Shown here: positions 1-12,429 of the stretch, piece by piece
How positions within the stretch are numbered: position 1 is the first letter of the stretch
Layout: every line of letters starts with the position of its first letter
Assembly (NCBI RefSeq): GCF_006345805.1
Contig: NC_042998.1
Location: forward strand, 140,368,001-140,432,000
Reading direction: 5' to 3'
Source: Octopus sinensis
Taxonomy: Eukaryota
Length of the DNA: 64,000 bases
The notes under the pieces: model-generated
Databases searched by the model: none
Seen by the model: the letters and a program-made list of their open reading frames with translations, nothing else
What the model was told of the DNA's origin: nothing
Position numbers and translations under genes: made by a program

Positions 1-27
1 ATATCATTATTATTATTATTATTAATA

Positions 28-60
<33 letters not shown>

Positions 61-367
61 CTCTTTCTGTATTCAATAAGCATTTCTTTATTTATCTGCA
101 CATATTTCCATAAATATAGGACGCAGTTCATGCTAGATCAAGTGACACCGATCTATTATTAATACCTTCTAGTGACAGAGGTCCGATTTTTCCAATAAAC
201 ATTTGCATAAATCTATTCAAGTACAGAAGCAAACATTCGCTGTTAAATTGGTTATAATGAGGTGTACAGTCATGACTCAGTAGAACACATACTTAGATAT
301 AGAACTACAATACATATATATACGTACATCCATGTACATACATACATACATACATACATACATACAT

Positions 368-428
<61 letters not shown>

Positions 429-874
429 AATATATACGTATGATTAAGCAAGTAAAGAGAGAAGGAGAGAGATAGGTGGATAGATAGAATTAATTGGTGA
501 ATGAAAATATATGTAAATAGTGTGATACATACATATATATAAATAAGTAAATACACACACACATATATACAAACGTACATATACAAAACGCACATATATA
601 TATACATACACACATAAATACATATATACACATATATACAAACGCACACAAACATATAATACAGGTAACAGATTGCTAGCTAAGTGGAAAACAAATGGAT
701 GGATAAATAATTAGATGGATTGGATAAATCGATATAAATACACGCTCATCTATAAGTGTTTGTGTGTGTGTGTTAGTGCAATCATGCATGCATGTGTATG
801 TGTGTGTGAGTGTGTGCGAGTACATATTATATACTATATATATGTGTAAGTATATATATATATATATATATATC

Positions 875-985
<111 letters not shown>

Positions 986-1174
986 CTATGCGTATATATG
1001 CATGTATGCAAGTAGAAATACAAACACACACCACACACGTGTATATCTAGATAGAAACGACGTGAGAGAGAGAGAGAGAGGGGAGATGATTTACTGTGTT
1101 AATTGGCAGTATTATTGACGAAAGACAAGTTAGTGTTTAAATTTACTACAAAGTCACCCATAAGAGCAGCATAA

Positions 1175-1347
1175 TATATATGCATTTATATAATATATAT
1201 ATATATTATAGATATATATATATATATATATATATCTATATATATATATATATATATTATATAATATATATAATATATAGTATACATATAAATATATATA
1301 TATATATATATATGTATATAGATATATCTATATATATATACATTAAT

Positions 1348-1396
<49 letters not shown>

Positions 1397-1700
1397 GTAT
1401 ATATATATATACATATATATACATACAATATGATATATATATATATAATACATATATAATGTATGTATATATATCTATATATAGACATATACATACATAC
1501 ATTCATAGATATATATATATATGTATATGTATATATATTATCTTATATAATAATATCTATATACATATATATATACATACATATGCATATATATATATAT
1601 ATAAAATATATATAAATATACATACATATATATATATGTATATATATTCATATACATACATATATGTATATATATATATATAATATATATATATATATGA
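1175..1700. repeat. (TA)n-rich microsatellite (others: 830-990, 5053-5145, 11990-12690, 58680-59120)
   Basis: Direct inspection. Confidence 0.97.
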
Positions 1701-1765
1701 TATGTATGTATTATGTATATTTGATGTTAATTACAAATATCATGTGTAGTATATATCAAGGTTTT

Positions 1766-1808
<43 letters not shown>

Positions 1809-1920
1809 AAGAGAGAGAGAAAGTCTTAATTCGTTGAATAATAACATAAAAATATATTAAATTCTTTCAGGTACAAACTGTTTGATATCTGATCTATAAT
1901 TATAAATAATAATAATAATG

Positions 1921-1997
<77 letters not shown>

Positions 1998-2599
1998 AAT
2001 GTGCGTACGTACGAGTGTGTTGTGTGTGTGTGTGTGTGTGTGTGTGTACATGCGTATCCATCCATTTATTCAGTGTTTATGTATAAATGTTTTAAGAATA
2101 AGATTTTTTTTAAAGATCTGAGAAACACATCAGAGAACGTTTGGTAAAAGTGAATGTGTGGATGTTCGTTAAGTGTATACATATGTGTTTAGTATGTATG
2201 TTGTGTGTGTGCTGTGTGTGTGTGTGCGCGTGTGTGTGTATTGAGGCGGTGAGCTGGCAGAAACGTTAGCACGCCGGGCAAAATGCTTAGTGGCATTTCG
2301 ACCGTCTTTATATTCTGAGTTCAAATGCTGCTGATGTCGACATTGCTTTATATAATTTTGGTGTCTATAAAACAAGTACCAGTTGAACACTGGGGTCAAG
2401 ATAGTCGACTTAACCCCTGCTCCAAATTGCTGGCCTTGCACCAGCAATTTCGGGGCAGAGGGTATGTCAATGTTATATTTGTGTGTGCGCGTGTGCGTGC
2501 GTGAGTGTGTGCATGCGTGTGTATTTCTAGCGTATGTGCTGGGGGGGGGGCTCAAATATCAGCACATGTGAAATTCCATAGTTCCATCTACTGTAATGT

Positions 2600-2765
2600 A
2601 TCGACTTTGTAGATCACATTATGGGCAGTTAAGAAAACTAAATGCATTCCATGAAAGGTGCGTCAGAGAAATCCTGAGAGTCAATTGGCAGGTCCGTGTC
2701 AGACATGAGACAGATATTGAGAAGAGTGGGATCATGACCACTAAAAGAGTACCGATCCTTCCTGA
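2600..2765 (+). mobile_element. RTE-clade LINE fragment (post-RT region)
   Basis: QLRKLNAFHERCVREILRVNWQ matches the RTE motif KLNAFHxRCLRxILxIxW. Confidence 0.7.
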
Positions 2766-3106
2766 CTAGTCTCATTCTTCATTTAACCTCTTCGATTCCT
2801 ATTTTACTATTGTTTTCCTCGACAATAGAGATGAAAACATTTAAAAACAAAATATACAGGCGCAGGCGTGGCTGTATGGTAAGAACCTTGCCTTCCAACC
2901 ACATGGTTCAGAGTTCAGTCCCACTGCGTGGCACCTTGGGCAAGTGTCTTCAGGCTTACCAAAGCCTTGTGAGTGGATTTGGCTGATGGAAATTGGAAGA
3001 AGCCTGTCGTATGAAAGATACATCCGAACGTAATAGGTTGTACTTTTTGCATGCGGGACTCCGGTACCGTTTTTCACCTAGTACAGCATATTATGCTCAT
3101 AACAAA

Positions 3107-3163
3107 CTACGCTGATGAAGCTACAGATCCTTGTGATATAATAGCTGAAACTGCAGTACGTAG
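3107..3163 (+). ncRNA. Type I hammerhead ribozyme, intact canonical core (family H1, copy 1)
   Basis: CTACG-CTGATGA-AGCTA(18 nt)TAGCT-GAAA-C TGCA G-TA-CGTAG. Stem I CTACG/CGTAG is 5 bp, stem II AGCTA/TAGCT is 5 bp, stem III lies in the palindrome ACTGCAGT, and the GUA triplet predicts cleavage after 3158. Confidence 0.88.
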
Positions 3164-3606
3164 GTAATTATTCCATTTAAGTATATTTCTTTTTCTCATC
3201 CATTGCTTTAGGTCGTGCTGAATTTTATTTTTATTTGAGAATATAATCCTTGTGGAGAATGGCGATTTGACGTCTATATCTAGCATGTTGACTGTCCACC
3301 TTTTCGTGTTCAGTCCTTAATTGGTATATATAAATATTTAATCTTCGGATTCTTTTTAATGTGCTATACCACTGGTTTTAATTGACTAATATCAATTTCT
3401 ACCCTTAATTTTAAATATGAAATATATGTTCTCAAACCGATAAATTGACTGCTGCTAATTATTGGCTGCAGGCTAGTTTTTCGATTATCAGCGCGCCAAA
3501 AGTAGAGGCATTCGAAAGATACATCCGAACGAATAGGTTGTACTTTTTGCATGCGGGACTCCGGTACCGTTTTTCACCTAGTACAGCATATTATGCTCAT
3601 AACAAA

Positions 3607-3666
3607 CTACGCTGATGAAGCTACATAATATCCTTGTGATATTAATAGCTGAAACTGCGTACGTAG
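3607..3666 (+). ncRNA. Type I hammerhead ribozyme (family H1, copy 2)
   Basis: Same stems and CTGATGA/GAAA core. Stem II is extended by the hairpin TAATATC-CTTGT-GATATTA. Stem III is C-TGC-G. Predicted cleavage after 3661. Confidence 0.85.
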
Positions 3667-3823
3667 GTAATTATTCCATTAAGTATATTTCTTTGTCTCA
3701 TCCATTGCTTTAGGTCGTGCTGAATTTTATTTTTATTTGAGAACATATCCTTGTGGAGAATGGCGATTTGACGTCTATATCTAGCATGTTGACTGTCCAC
3801 CTTTTCGTGTTCAGTCCTTAATT

Positions 3824-3857
<34 letters not shown>

Positions 3858-3977
3858 ATAGAGGGCATTATTACACATAATGCCTCACACTAAGAGGGAC
3901 AAAGTCATTACTACCAAAATTATACTAATCAAACCCAAATGCAGTTCTTCAAAGCAAGACATTTAAAAAATGAATTT

Positions 3978-4035
3978 AGTTCTGTATCACCGTGATTTCA
4001 CATTCAACTTACGTCTTATGATCCTCAGCAGAACT
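3978..4035 (-). ncRNA. Type I hammerhead ribozyme (family H2, copy 1)
   Basis: The reverse complement reads AGTTCTG-CTGAGGA-TCATAAGAC GTAA GTTGAATGT-GAAA-TCA CGG TGA-TA-CAGAACT. Stem I is 7 bp, the core is intact, stem II is bulged with a GNRA loop, and stem III is 4 bp. Confidence 0.8.
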
Positions 4036-4458
4036 GATTCTGAACACATCATAAATAAACCACCAACCTGACGTAGCGAAGACGAACAGACATCTATCCA
4101 CTCCGGCCAAGCACATGGAATGTTTATAAATCATATATTCGGTAAATGGCGGGCTTTTTTCAAACTGCATGTCGGGTAGAGAAAAGTATTTCGGAATAAG
4201 TTTAACAATTGAGGATAACCTCTTAATAAGGAATCTTAACAAGAAGTTATCAGGTAGTTAGCGTGAAAAACCTCATAAAAGAAAAGAATTCGAAAATAAT
4301 TTTTTTCTTTTGAACAAATTAATTATATCTATATTGTATAGAGGGCATTATTACACATAAATGCCTCACACTAAGAGGGACAAAGTCATTACTACCAAAA
4401 TTATACTAATCAAACCCAAATGCAGTTCTTCAAAGCAAGACATTTAAAAAATGAATTT

Positions 4459-4516
4459 AGTTCTGTATCACCGTGATTTCACATTCAACTTACGTCTTAT
4501 GATCCTCAGCAGAACT
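4459..4516 (-). ncRNA. Type I hammerhead ribozyme (family H2, copy 2)
   Basis: Identical motif 481 nt from copy 1. Confidence 0.8.
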
Positions 4517-4735
4517 GATTCTGAACACATCATAAATAAACCACCAACCTTACGTAGCGAAGACGAACAGACATCTATCCACTCCGGCCAAGCACATGGA
4601 ATGTTTATAAATCATATATTCGGTAAATGGCGGTAAATGATTTATAAACATTCCATGTGCTTGGCCGGAGTGGATAGATGTCTGTTCGTCTTCGCTACGT
4701 AAGGTTGGTGGTTTATTTATGATGTGTTCAGAATC

Positions 4736-4793
4736 AGTTCTGCTGAGGATCATAAGACGTAAGTTGAATGTGAAATCACGGTGATACAGAACT
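4736..4793 (+). ncRNA. Type I hammerhead ribozyme (family H2, copy 3, in inverted arm)
   Basis: Read directly on +: AGTTCTG 4736-4742, CTGAGGA 4743-4749, GAAA 4772-4775, AUA triplet ending at 4786, CAGAACT 4787-4793. Confidence 0.8.
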
Positions 4794-5053
4794 AAATTCA
4801 TTTTTTAAATGTCTTGCTTTGAAGAACTGCATTTGGGTTTGATTAGTATAATTTTGGTAGTAATGACTTTGTCCCTCTTAGTGTGAGGCATTTATGTGTA
4901 ATAATGCCCTCTATACAATATAGATATAATTAATTTGTTCAAAAGAAAAAAATTATTTTCGAATTCTTTTCTTTTATGAGGTTTTTCACGCTAACTACCT
5001 GATAACTTCTTGTTAAGATTCCTTATTAAGAGGTTGTCCTCAATTGTTAAACT

Positions 5054-5144
<91 letters not shown>

Positions 5145-6054
5145 CTGTGTCTGTGACTATGTGTCTGTGTTTGTCTCCCACCATAGCTTGATAACTGGTG
5201 GAAGTGTGCTTGGTCTCTTTTAGCAGTTCGGCAAAAGAGACCAATAGAATATGCACCAGTCTAAAAAAGAAAAATAATAAGTACTGGGGTCGATGCATTC
5301 GACCAAAAATTCTCCAAAGCGTTGCTCCAGCATGGTCGCAGTCTAATGACTGAAACAAGTAACAGTTATAAGACGCAGGCATGTTTGTGTGGTTAAAAAG
5401 CTTGCTTTGCAACAATGTGCTTTTAGGTTCAGTCCTACTGTGTGGTACCTTGGGTCAGTGTCTTCTACTTTATCCTCGGATCGACCAACGCCTCGTGAGT
5501 GAATGTCGTAAATGGTAACTGCATTGAAGCCCACCGTATATATGTGTGTGTTAGTGTGTGACAACTGGTATTGGCTTGCTTACGTCTCTGTAACTTAGCA
5601 GTTCGGCTAAAAACCGATAGAATCGATTTTTTTTGCTAAAACCTTCAAAGCGGTGCCTTGGTATGATCGCAGTCTGAAAAGAAAAACTAACAGATAAAAA
5701 AAGATAAACGATAAACGATAAAAGAGAAAAGACTACAGTTGGTTCTTACCGTAACGTGAATCCGCATCCACAAATGCACATACGCCTATATATCTTTGAC
5801 AGAATCATTAGTGTGTCGAAGAAAAATGCCTTGTGGAATTTATTTCGGCTCTTTACATTTCGTCGAGATTGACTGACTTTTATGCTTCCGGATCTGTTAA
5901 AATAGTACCACCAATTCCAGACAAAAGAACTTTGGTTGAGATTACCACAGCAACTATAAACCATCTGATATTTAATAATATTGAAGAGCGAATGTATGGA
6001 AGCACTGCAAATTTTATGGAATCAATTTGAGCGAATTTTATCTGAGTGTAGCTC

Positions 6055-6617
6055 GGGTGGGTCATTATGTCAATAATAAACACACGCACTGGTTCTATTT
6101 CACGCCTTTATTTCCTATTTGTCAATATGTCGATTATTTAACCAATTAACCAATTGATTGTTTCATTAGTCGTTCGGACACTGAATCAATCAATTAGTTT
6201 TGTCCTTTCGTTGCTATTTTGCGGGCTGCGATGAAGCATTTTCCACACTGTTGTCACGTTCTCCGCAGGATGTGGTTGGACGGCCACTTCTTGCATCGTT
6301 CACAGGTCTCGTGGTCATCAGCTTTGCATAACAACTTTTTATTGTCTCCGGACGTAGTGTTGCATGCTTACCTTTCCATGCACGCCACCATCTCTGAACC
6401 AAAACAATGGAATTTCACACTTCATACAGTGCTGCTATCTTAACTCGCTCTTGAACAGTCAAGCGATCGTCCACGTGGAAAATAAGAAATAAGAAATAAG
6501 AAAATAAGAAATCCCCACCAGTGTTGCCTGTTTAAAAAATGCTTTCGTCATGACTTCAGTGTTACAAAAAATTCTATAAACAATTTCTAATGCCTAGTTA
6601 CTTTCCACCCACCCTCT
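6055..6617 (-). mobile_element. Tc1/mariner remnant
   Basis: The minus frame reads HAKLMTT..VNDARSGRPTTS (HTH region). The terminal segment GTCATTATG(T/C)CAATAATAAACACACGCACTGG recurs at 14559-14595. Confidence 0.65.
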
Positions 6618-6626
6618 GTGTGTGTG

Positions 6627-6677
<51 letters not shown>

Positions 6678-6687
6678 GTCTGTTATT

Positions 6688-6922
6688 GAAGGCGGTGAGC
6701 TGGCAGAAACGTTAGCACGCCGGGCAAAATGCGTTGCCGTATTTCGCTGCCGTTACGTTCCGAGTTCAAATTCCGCCGAGGTCGACTTTGCCTTTCATCC
6801 TTCCGGGGTTGATAAATTAAGTACCAGTTACGCACTGGGGTCGATATAATCGACTTAATCCCTTTGTCTGTCCTTGTTTGTCTCCTCTGTGTTTAGCCCC
6901 TTGTGGGTTGTAAAGAAATATA
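6688..6922 (+). mobile_element. SINE family A copy with TSD
   Basis: Head GGCGGTGAGCTGGCAGAAACGTTAGC, B-box GAGTTCAAATTCC, core GGTCGACTTTGCCTTTCATCC. TAAAGTCTGTTA is duplicated on both sides. Confidence 0.9.
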
Positions 6923-6929
6923 TATAAAG

Positions 6930-7738
6930 TCTGTTAATCCGTTAATCGTTAATTAACGAAGTTAACATTTTCGTTAACGACTTAAGTTAACTTTTAAGTT
7001 AACTTTGAAAATCATTATCGGACCAATCAACTTCCGTTACATTTAGCTTCCGTTAACTCAAGTCCGTTAACCCAAAAATTTCATAAAAACCGGTAAACGC
7101 TTAAAAGTTTCTATTGTTTTCAGATTGTCTTAGCATATTTAATATTGTACGCGTCATTCTTTCAACCCCGATATAACCCCACTTATTATTATAAATAACT
7201 TCTAGGACCGCGTTTGGCCCTGTCTGGATTTGAAATCAAATCCACCCACTTGTTGCTTACAGCGGCAAATTTCTTTGTCATATCAAGAGGGAACAGTAAT
7301 TGATGTGTTTCTACTTGATCCGTCACCTCGCTGAAGTGGATGGCAACAGAGAAAATATTGACTTCCATAAAGTGGAAGATATAAATGGAAAAAAAAAAGT
7401 TGGTAAATATTTCGATGTGAACGCAAATAGCTGTTACGCGGTAGCAGAGTATGCTAGAAATAGCAGCCAAATCTTACCTTTTCTGGAAAAAGGAGCCGTT
7501 TACGCGTGATTTCGGTGTCACATTCGTTGATAGCATGCAAAATAACCTAGGAAAGAAAAAAAGGCCCGCGAAACAAAACTCCCTTTTCTGGAAGTTATGA
7601 GGCAACAAAATCTGTAGTAATGCCTTTTTTCAATAAAAGTTAACGCTAACGGTAACGCTAACTTCTGTTACATTTTCAAAAGATTAACGGATTAACGATT
7701 AATGAAGTTAACTTTTCGATTAACGGTGCCCACCCCTC
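6930..7738. mobile_element. hAT-like non-autonomous element with (C)GTTAA subterminal repeats
   Basis: Many CGTTAA/TTAACG motifs at both ends. The right terminus is TAACGGTGCCCACCCCTCT. Confidence 0.45.
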
Positions 7739-7783
7739 TCTTCTCTTTATATATATATATATATATATATTATTTATATATAC

Positions 7784-7858
<75 letters not shown>

Positions 7859-8730
7859 TGTATGTATGTATGTATAATATAATATATATATGTATATATA
7901 TATATATATATTAAATTTGAAGAGATAATTCTTCAATGAATATATTATATAGAACTTCGCAAGACATCAAACATTTTTATCGAGTTAGAAAACAGATCTA
8001 ATGGATACAAATTAATTTATGAATTAATCAACATATTCACCAACAATTGTTTCAGTGCACAAATAAGATTAAAATTACAAAACATATATAACTGTATGAT
8101 TTTGCATATTAAATACCTTAGAAGGAAAATCATCAGGGTGTTCAGAGGACAATAAGGATTACATTAGGATACTTCCGGAATATACAGAATATATAAACAT
8201 GTTTACTATGCGTGCATGTATACGTGTGTGCGTGTGTACGCATGCGTTAAAATTACTCCTTCTATTTCAATTCACCAATAATAATAGTAACAATCATGAA
8301 TGATGGATTATATTATATATGGGCAAAATAATATAAAGAATAAAAGAAGGTAAAAGTAAAACAAAATTTATACCTCCGTTTGTATATACATATACACACA
8401 TATATACACATACACACGCATACGCAACAAGTATGTAAGTCAATATGTACATCAATACGTACATATAAATATACACAGACACATATATACACATACACAA
8501 GCACGTGGAACAAGTATGAATGTCAATATGAACATCAATACGTACACATTGATGTACATAATGATATATATATTTGTTGCGTGTGCGTGTGAATATGTGT
8601 GTATGTGTATATATGTATATGTATATACATATATAAAGTTAATCCAAACATGAAAACACAAAGAGAAAACACAACAACGCGAGGACGTGGAACAAGTATA
8701 GTATTATTGGACGCTCAGGAAAGAAGGAGG

Positions 8731-8765
8731 GTTTAACGTTTCGAGCGGAGCTCTTCCTCAGAAAC
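8731..8765 (-). ncRNA. Minimal type I hammerhead, intact core (family H4, motif A)
   Basis: The reverse complement reads GTTT-CTGAGGA-A-GAGC TCC GCTC-GAAA-CG-TT-AAAC. Stem III is reduced to the palindrome AACGTT, typical of dimer-cleaving minimal hammerheads. Confidence 0.75.
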
Positions 8766-8949
8766 ATAGGAAAATGAAAGATCCAAAGAAGGGAAGACGG
8801 AGGAAAAAAAGTCGCCAACGGTACACACGCGGTCACATTTTGAATGTATATATACATATATACATACATATATACATACATACATTTCTCTCCTTTTTTC
8901 TCTCCTTGTTTCTCTCCTTGTTTTTTTCTCTCCTTGTTTCTTTGTGTCC

Positions 8950-8985
8950 CTTTCTGTAGAAGAGCGTAGGCTCGAAACGTAAAAG
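8950..8985 (+). ncRNA. Minimal hammerhead-like motif with A6>U core change (family H4, motif B)
   Basis: CTTT-CTGTAGA-A-GAGC GTAG GCTC-GAAA-CG-TA-AAAG. Confidence 0.55.
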
Positions 8986-9079
8986 ACTTTTCTATTCCTG
9001 AGCGTTATATACTAATACATCTGTTTGTTTTGTACACCACCTGTCTTCGTCTTTTTTTTTTCTTAAAACACTCCCTGTA

Positions 9080-9123
<44 letters not shown>

Positions 9124-9330
9124 ATATATATTATTATATTATAATATATATATATAAATAATAGTTATCGCCATACTAATATGGCATTCTTATAAAAATA
9201 AGAAAAAGAAAAAAGCTGTCCGCTTATTAGCTCCATGAGGCCATCGCCTTAAGTTAGCTATTTGATACACAAACTGTATCCATATACCTTCGAACAAGGG
9301 AGGTCAGTCGCTCCACACTACTTGACCGGC

Positions 9331-9375
9331 GCTACAGACGCGTTTCGGAGTATTGCCCCTTTTCAATGCCGTAGC
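9331..9375 (-). ncRNA. Minimal type I hammerhead with U3-A8 core (family H3)
   Basis: The reverse complement reads GGCA-TTGAAAA-GGGG CAATA CTCC-GAAA-CGCG-TC-TGTAGC. It has the GAAACGCGUC motif and a 4-bp stem II. Confidence 0.7.
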
Positions 9376-9828
9376 CAGCCAGTAGGTTCGCTTCCGACAA
9401 TCTCTGTTCGATGGTTTTATTACCTTTTCGGTGGAATACATCCACTTGTTTTCATAATAGAAATATTAAAATAACTAAGTCTCTCTAAAAGAGAACAGCG
9501 GCAGCGTTCCCGGAAAATAATAGTTATCGCCATACTAATATGGCATTCTTATAAAAATAAGAAAAAAGCTGTCCGCTTATTAGCTCCATGAGGCCATCGC
9601 TTAAGTTAGCTAATAAGCGGACAGCTTTTTTCTTATTTTTATAAGAATGCCATATTAGTATGGCGATAACTATTATTTTCCGGGAACGCTGCCGCTGTTC
9701 TCTTTTAGAGAGACTTAGTTATTTTAATATTTCTATTATTGAAAACAAGGTGATGTATTCCACCGAAACTAGGGAAATAAAACCATCGAACAGAGATTGT
9801 CGGAAGCGACACCTACTGGCTGGCTACG

Positions 9829-9869
9829 CTGCATTGAAAAGGGGCAATACTCCGAAACGCGTCTGTAGC
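9829..9869 (+). ncRNA. Minimal type I hammerhead with U3-A8 core (family H3, inverted arm)
   Basis: GCTGCA-TTGAAAA-GGGG CAATA CTCC-GAAA-CGCG-TC-TGTAGC. Stem I GCTGCA/TGTAGC is 6 bp including one G-U pair. Confidence 0.72.
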
Positions 9870-10099
9870 TGCCGGTCAGTAGTAGTGTGGAGCGACTGAC
9901 CTCCCTTGTTCGAAGGTTATATGGATACAGTTTGTGTATCAAATAGCTAACTTAAGGCGATGGCTCATGGAGCTAATAAGCGGACAGCTTTTTCTTTTTT
10001 CTTATTTTTTATAGAAATGCCTTTAGTATGGCGATAACTATATTTCCGGGAACGCTGCCGCTGTTCTCTTTTAGAGAGACTTAGTTATTTTAATATTTC

Positions 10100-10144
<45 letters not shown>

Positions 10145-10446
10145 ATATATATAATATATATTAATTTGTTGGCTGTGTCTCGTGTTCCGAGCTTGCAATC
10201 CAGTAATTTTCCTGGTGTTTGAACCGCATATGGCTCCGAAATCCAAGGGTTGCATGAAACACACGGGGACATTATGGACAAGGGATAGAAGGGGATGGTT
10301 TGGGAAGGGAAGGCGCTGCTTTCTCTCCTGTCTCTTGAGTCCAGCTCTTGCCTCTCGGGCTTTCTCGAAGTCCGCAGAACCCGTATTTATGGTCTGTATC
10401 TAGAGGGGTCTTCAGACCCCTCGGATTGGTGTGTGTATATATATAA

Positions 10447-10501
<55 letters not shown>

Positions 10502-10553
10502 TATATATATATATATAGCAAATAAGTAACAAGGATATCAAGGTATTAATGCA

Positions 10554-10605
<52 letters not shown>

Positions 10606-10914
10606 AGCTGCGTACATGTATGTTTGCGTGCGTGTGTGAGTGTGTCTGAAGGTGCATGGCCTGGTGGTTATGATTCCAAGACCGGGCGGTTCGTTGTGTT
10701 CTTAAGTCAAGCACTACATTTCGCGTTGCTCTGCGATCATTTCGACATCTGACATCTGGCACACTTGTGCACCTGTACAAGTAATATCGATTTAATGGAG
10801 TGAGTGAGCTTATGCAAAGACACAAACATTTGATCACTGTAAACAAATCATCTGTGTGGTTGTTCAGCAAGACATTGCAGAACCCTCATATGTCGTCTAA
10901 CGATGAGAGCGTCC

Positions 10915-10955
<41 letters not shown>

Positions 10956-10957
10956 CA

Positions 10958-10995
<38 letters not shown>

Positions 10996-11006
10996 GCACA
11001 CGCACG

Positions 11007-11051
<45 letters not shown>

Positions 11052-11073
11052 GCACAATACTCATAGATGTATT

Positions 11074-11108
<35 letters not shown>

Positions 11109-11293
11109 TTGTAAGTCAGAAGGAAAGTACATTCAATATGAGCAGTACAGCGCTATATATATATTATCTATATATCGTCACGCAGTACCATACCGTAGGT
11201 TTCGTGCAGACTCTTACACTTGGTAATATTGACGACTCTTCGAAAACGTTCACACACACACACATGCATGTATGCATCTATGTTCGTTATAGT

Positions 11294-11326
<33 letters not shown>

Positions 11327-12034
11327 CACACACACGTATAGATGTTTGCATATTCGTTCACTTATGTGTGTAGCTAGTAGGTGAATATTATGTGTTGTGT
11401 GTGCACGGGCACGGGCGTGTGCGTGAGTATGTGTGCTTGAAAGTATGCGTTTACAGACAAAATTATTAAAAAACAACCGCAATTTCTTGTTACTATGACA
11501 AAAGTACAGAGGGCGCTACCAACTGGTTACATGTACTTTTAGTACTAATCGATAGGTTTTTTTTAATAGACAGTCACACACGTATGTATGTGTATGTGTG
11601 CGTATGTATGAATGTGTTTGTGTGTGTGTATGTACCTGAGTGTAAGTCGAATACTCAAAACACAAGCATCTAGTATACTTGCACACATGCACATAGTTAC
11701 ACACACACACACACACACAGACACACACACACACACACACACGAATAGATAGCGTACACATGTATACCATAATAAAGACAATGGTATTGGGATGTAATTT
11801 AAACAAAAGAAACAACCGGTATTATACACACCTGTAGATAAGTAGGTGAGTGGACAGTCAAACAGAAAGATAGACAGACAAATTGACAAAAGACAGATAG
11901 ATAAATAGATAGATAGGTATATAGTTAGATAGATAGGTAAATAGATAGACAAATAGATAGATAGATTGGTGATAGGTTGATAGATGATAGATAGACACAC
12001 ATATATATGCATATTCGTATACATAGACTATAGA

Positions 12035-12069
<35 letters not shown>

Positions 12070-12084
12070 AATATATATATATAC

Positions 12085-12167
<83 letters not shown>

Positions 12168-12173
12168 ATATAC

Positions 12174-12206
<33 letters not shown>

Positions 12207-12222
12207 CATATATAATATATAC

Positions 12223-12275
<53 letters not shown>

Positions 12276-12378
12276 CATATATATATACATATATATAACA
12301 TATATATATATATATATATACATATATATACATATATATATATATATAATACATATATATATACATAGATATATATAT

Positions 12379-12429
<51 letters not shown>

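Larger units (their letters stand above)
3013..3836 (+). mobile_element. Hammerhead-bearing tandem repeat (about 503-nt unit, about 1.6 copies), retrozyme or Penelope pLTR-like
   Basis: 3013-3333 is repeated at 3516-3836 with a few indels, with one hammerhead per unit. It begins right after a truncated SINE head and ends in (TA)n. Confidence 0.7.
3852..5053. mobile_element. H2 element: 481-nt tandem unit (1.6 copies) followed by a 420-nt inverted arm, embedded in (TA)n
   Basis: 3852-4150 is repeated at 4332-4633. 4636-5053 is the reverse complement of about 4199-4612. (TA)n lies on both flanks. Confidence 0.75.
9156..10104. mobile_element. H3 element: about 360-nt tandem unit with fold-back inverted arm, embedded in (TA)n
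   Basis: The unit start ATAGTTATCG occurs at 9161 and 9520. 9608-10104 is an inverted arm. (TA)n lies at 9080-9155 and 10105-10160. Confidence 0.75.

Noticed and set aside
166-239. Minus-strand open segment ECLLLYLNRFMQMFIGKIGPLSLE with AG/GT ends, resembling the TrkH/KtrB MFIGRxGPL motif
   Set aside because: The similarity covers only 11 residues and the flanks do not extend it. Most likely chance.
3642-3830. Minus-strand ORF QLRTEHEKVDSQHARYRRQ...
   Set aside because: It lies inside the H1 hammerhead repeat and is disrupted in the other copy. No recognisable family.
5750-6030. Exon-like segment with gtaaga donor and overlapping ORFs on both strands
   Set aside because: The phase-1 and phase-0 readings contain stops. 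The only open phase gives no recognisable protein.
10403-10422. Perfect hairpin GAGGGGTC-TTCA-GACCCCTC
   Set aside because: Isolated. Probably a transposon subterminal palindrome, and no function can be supported.
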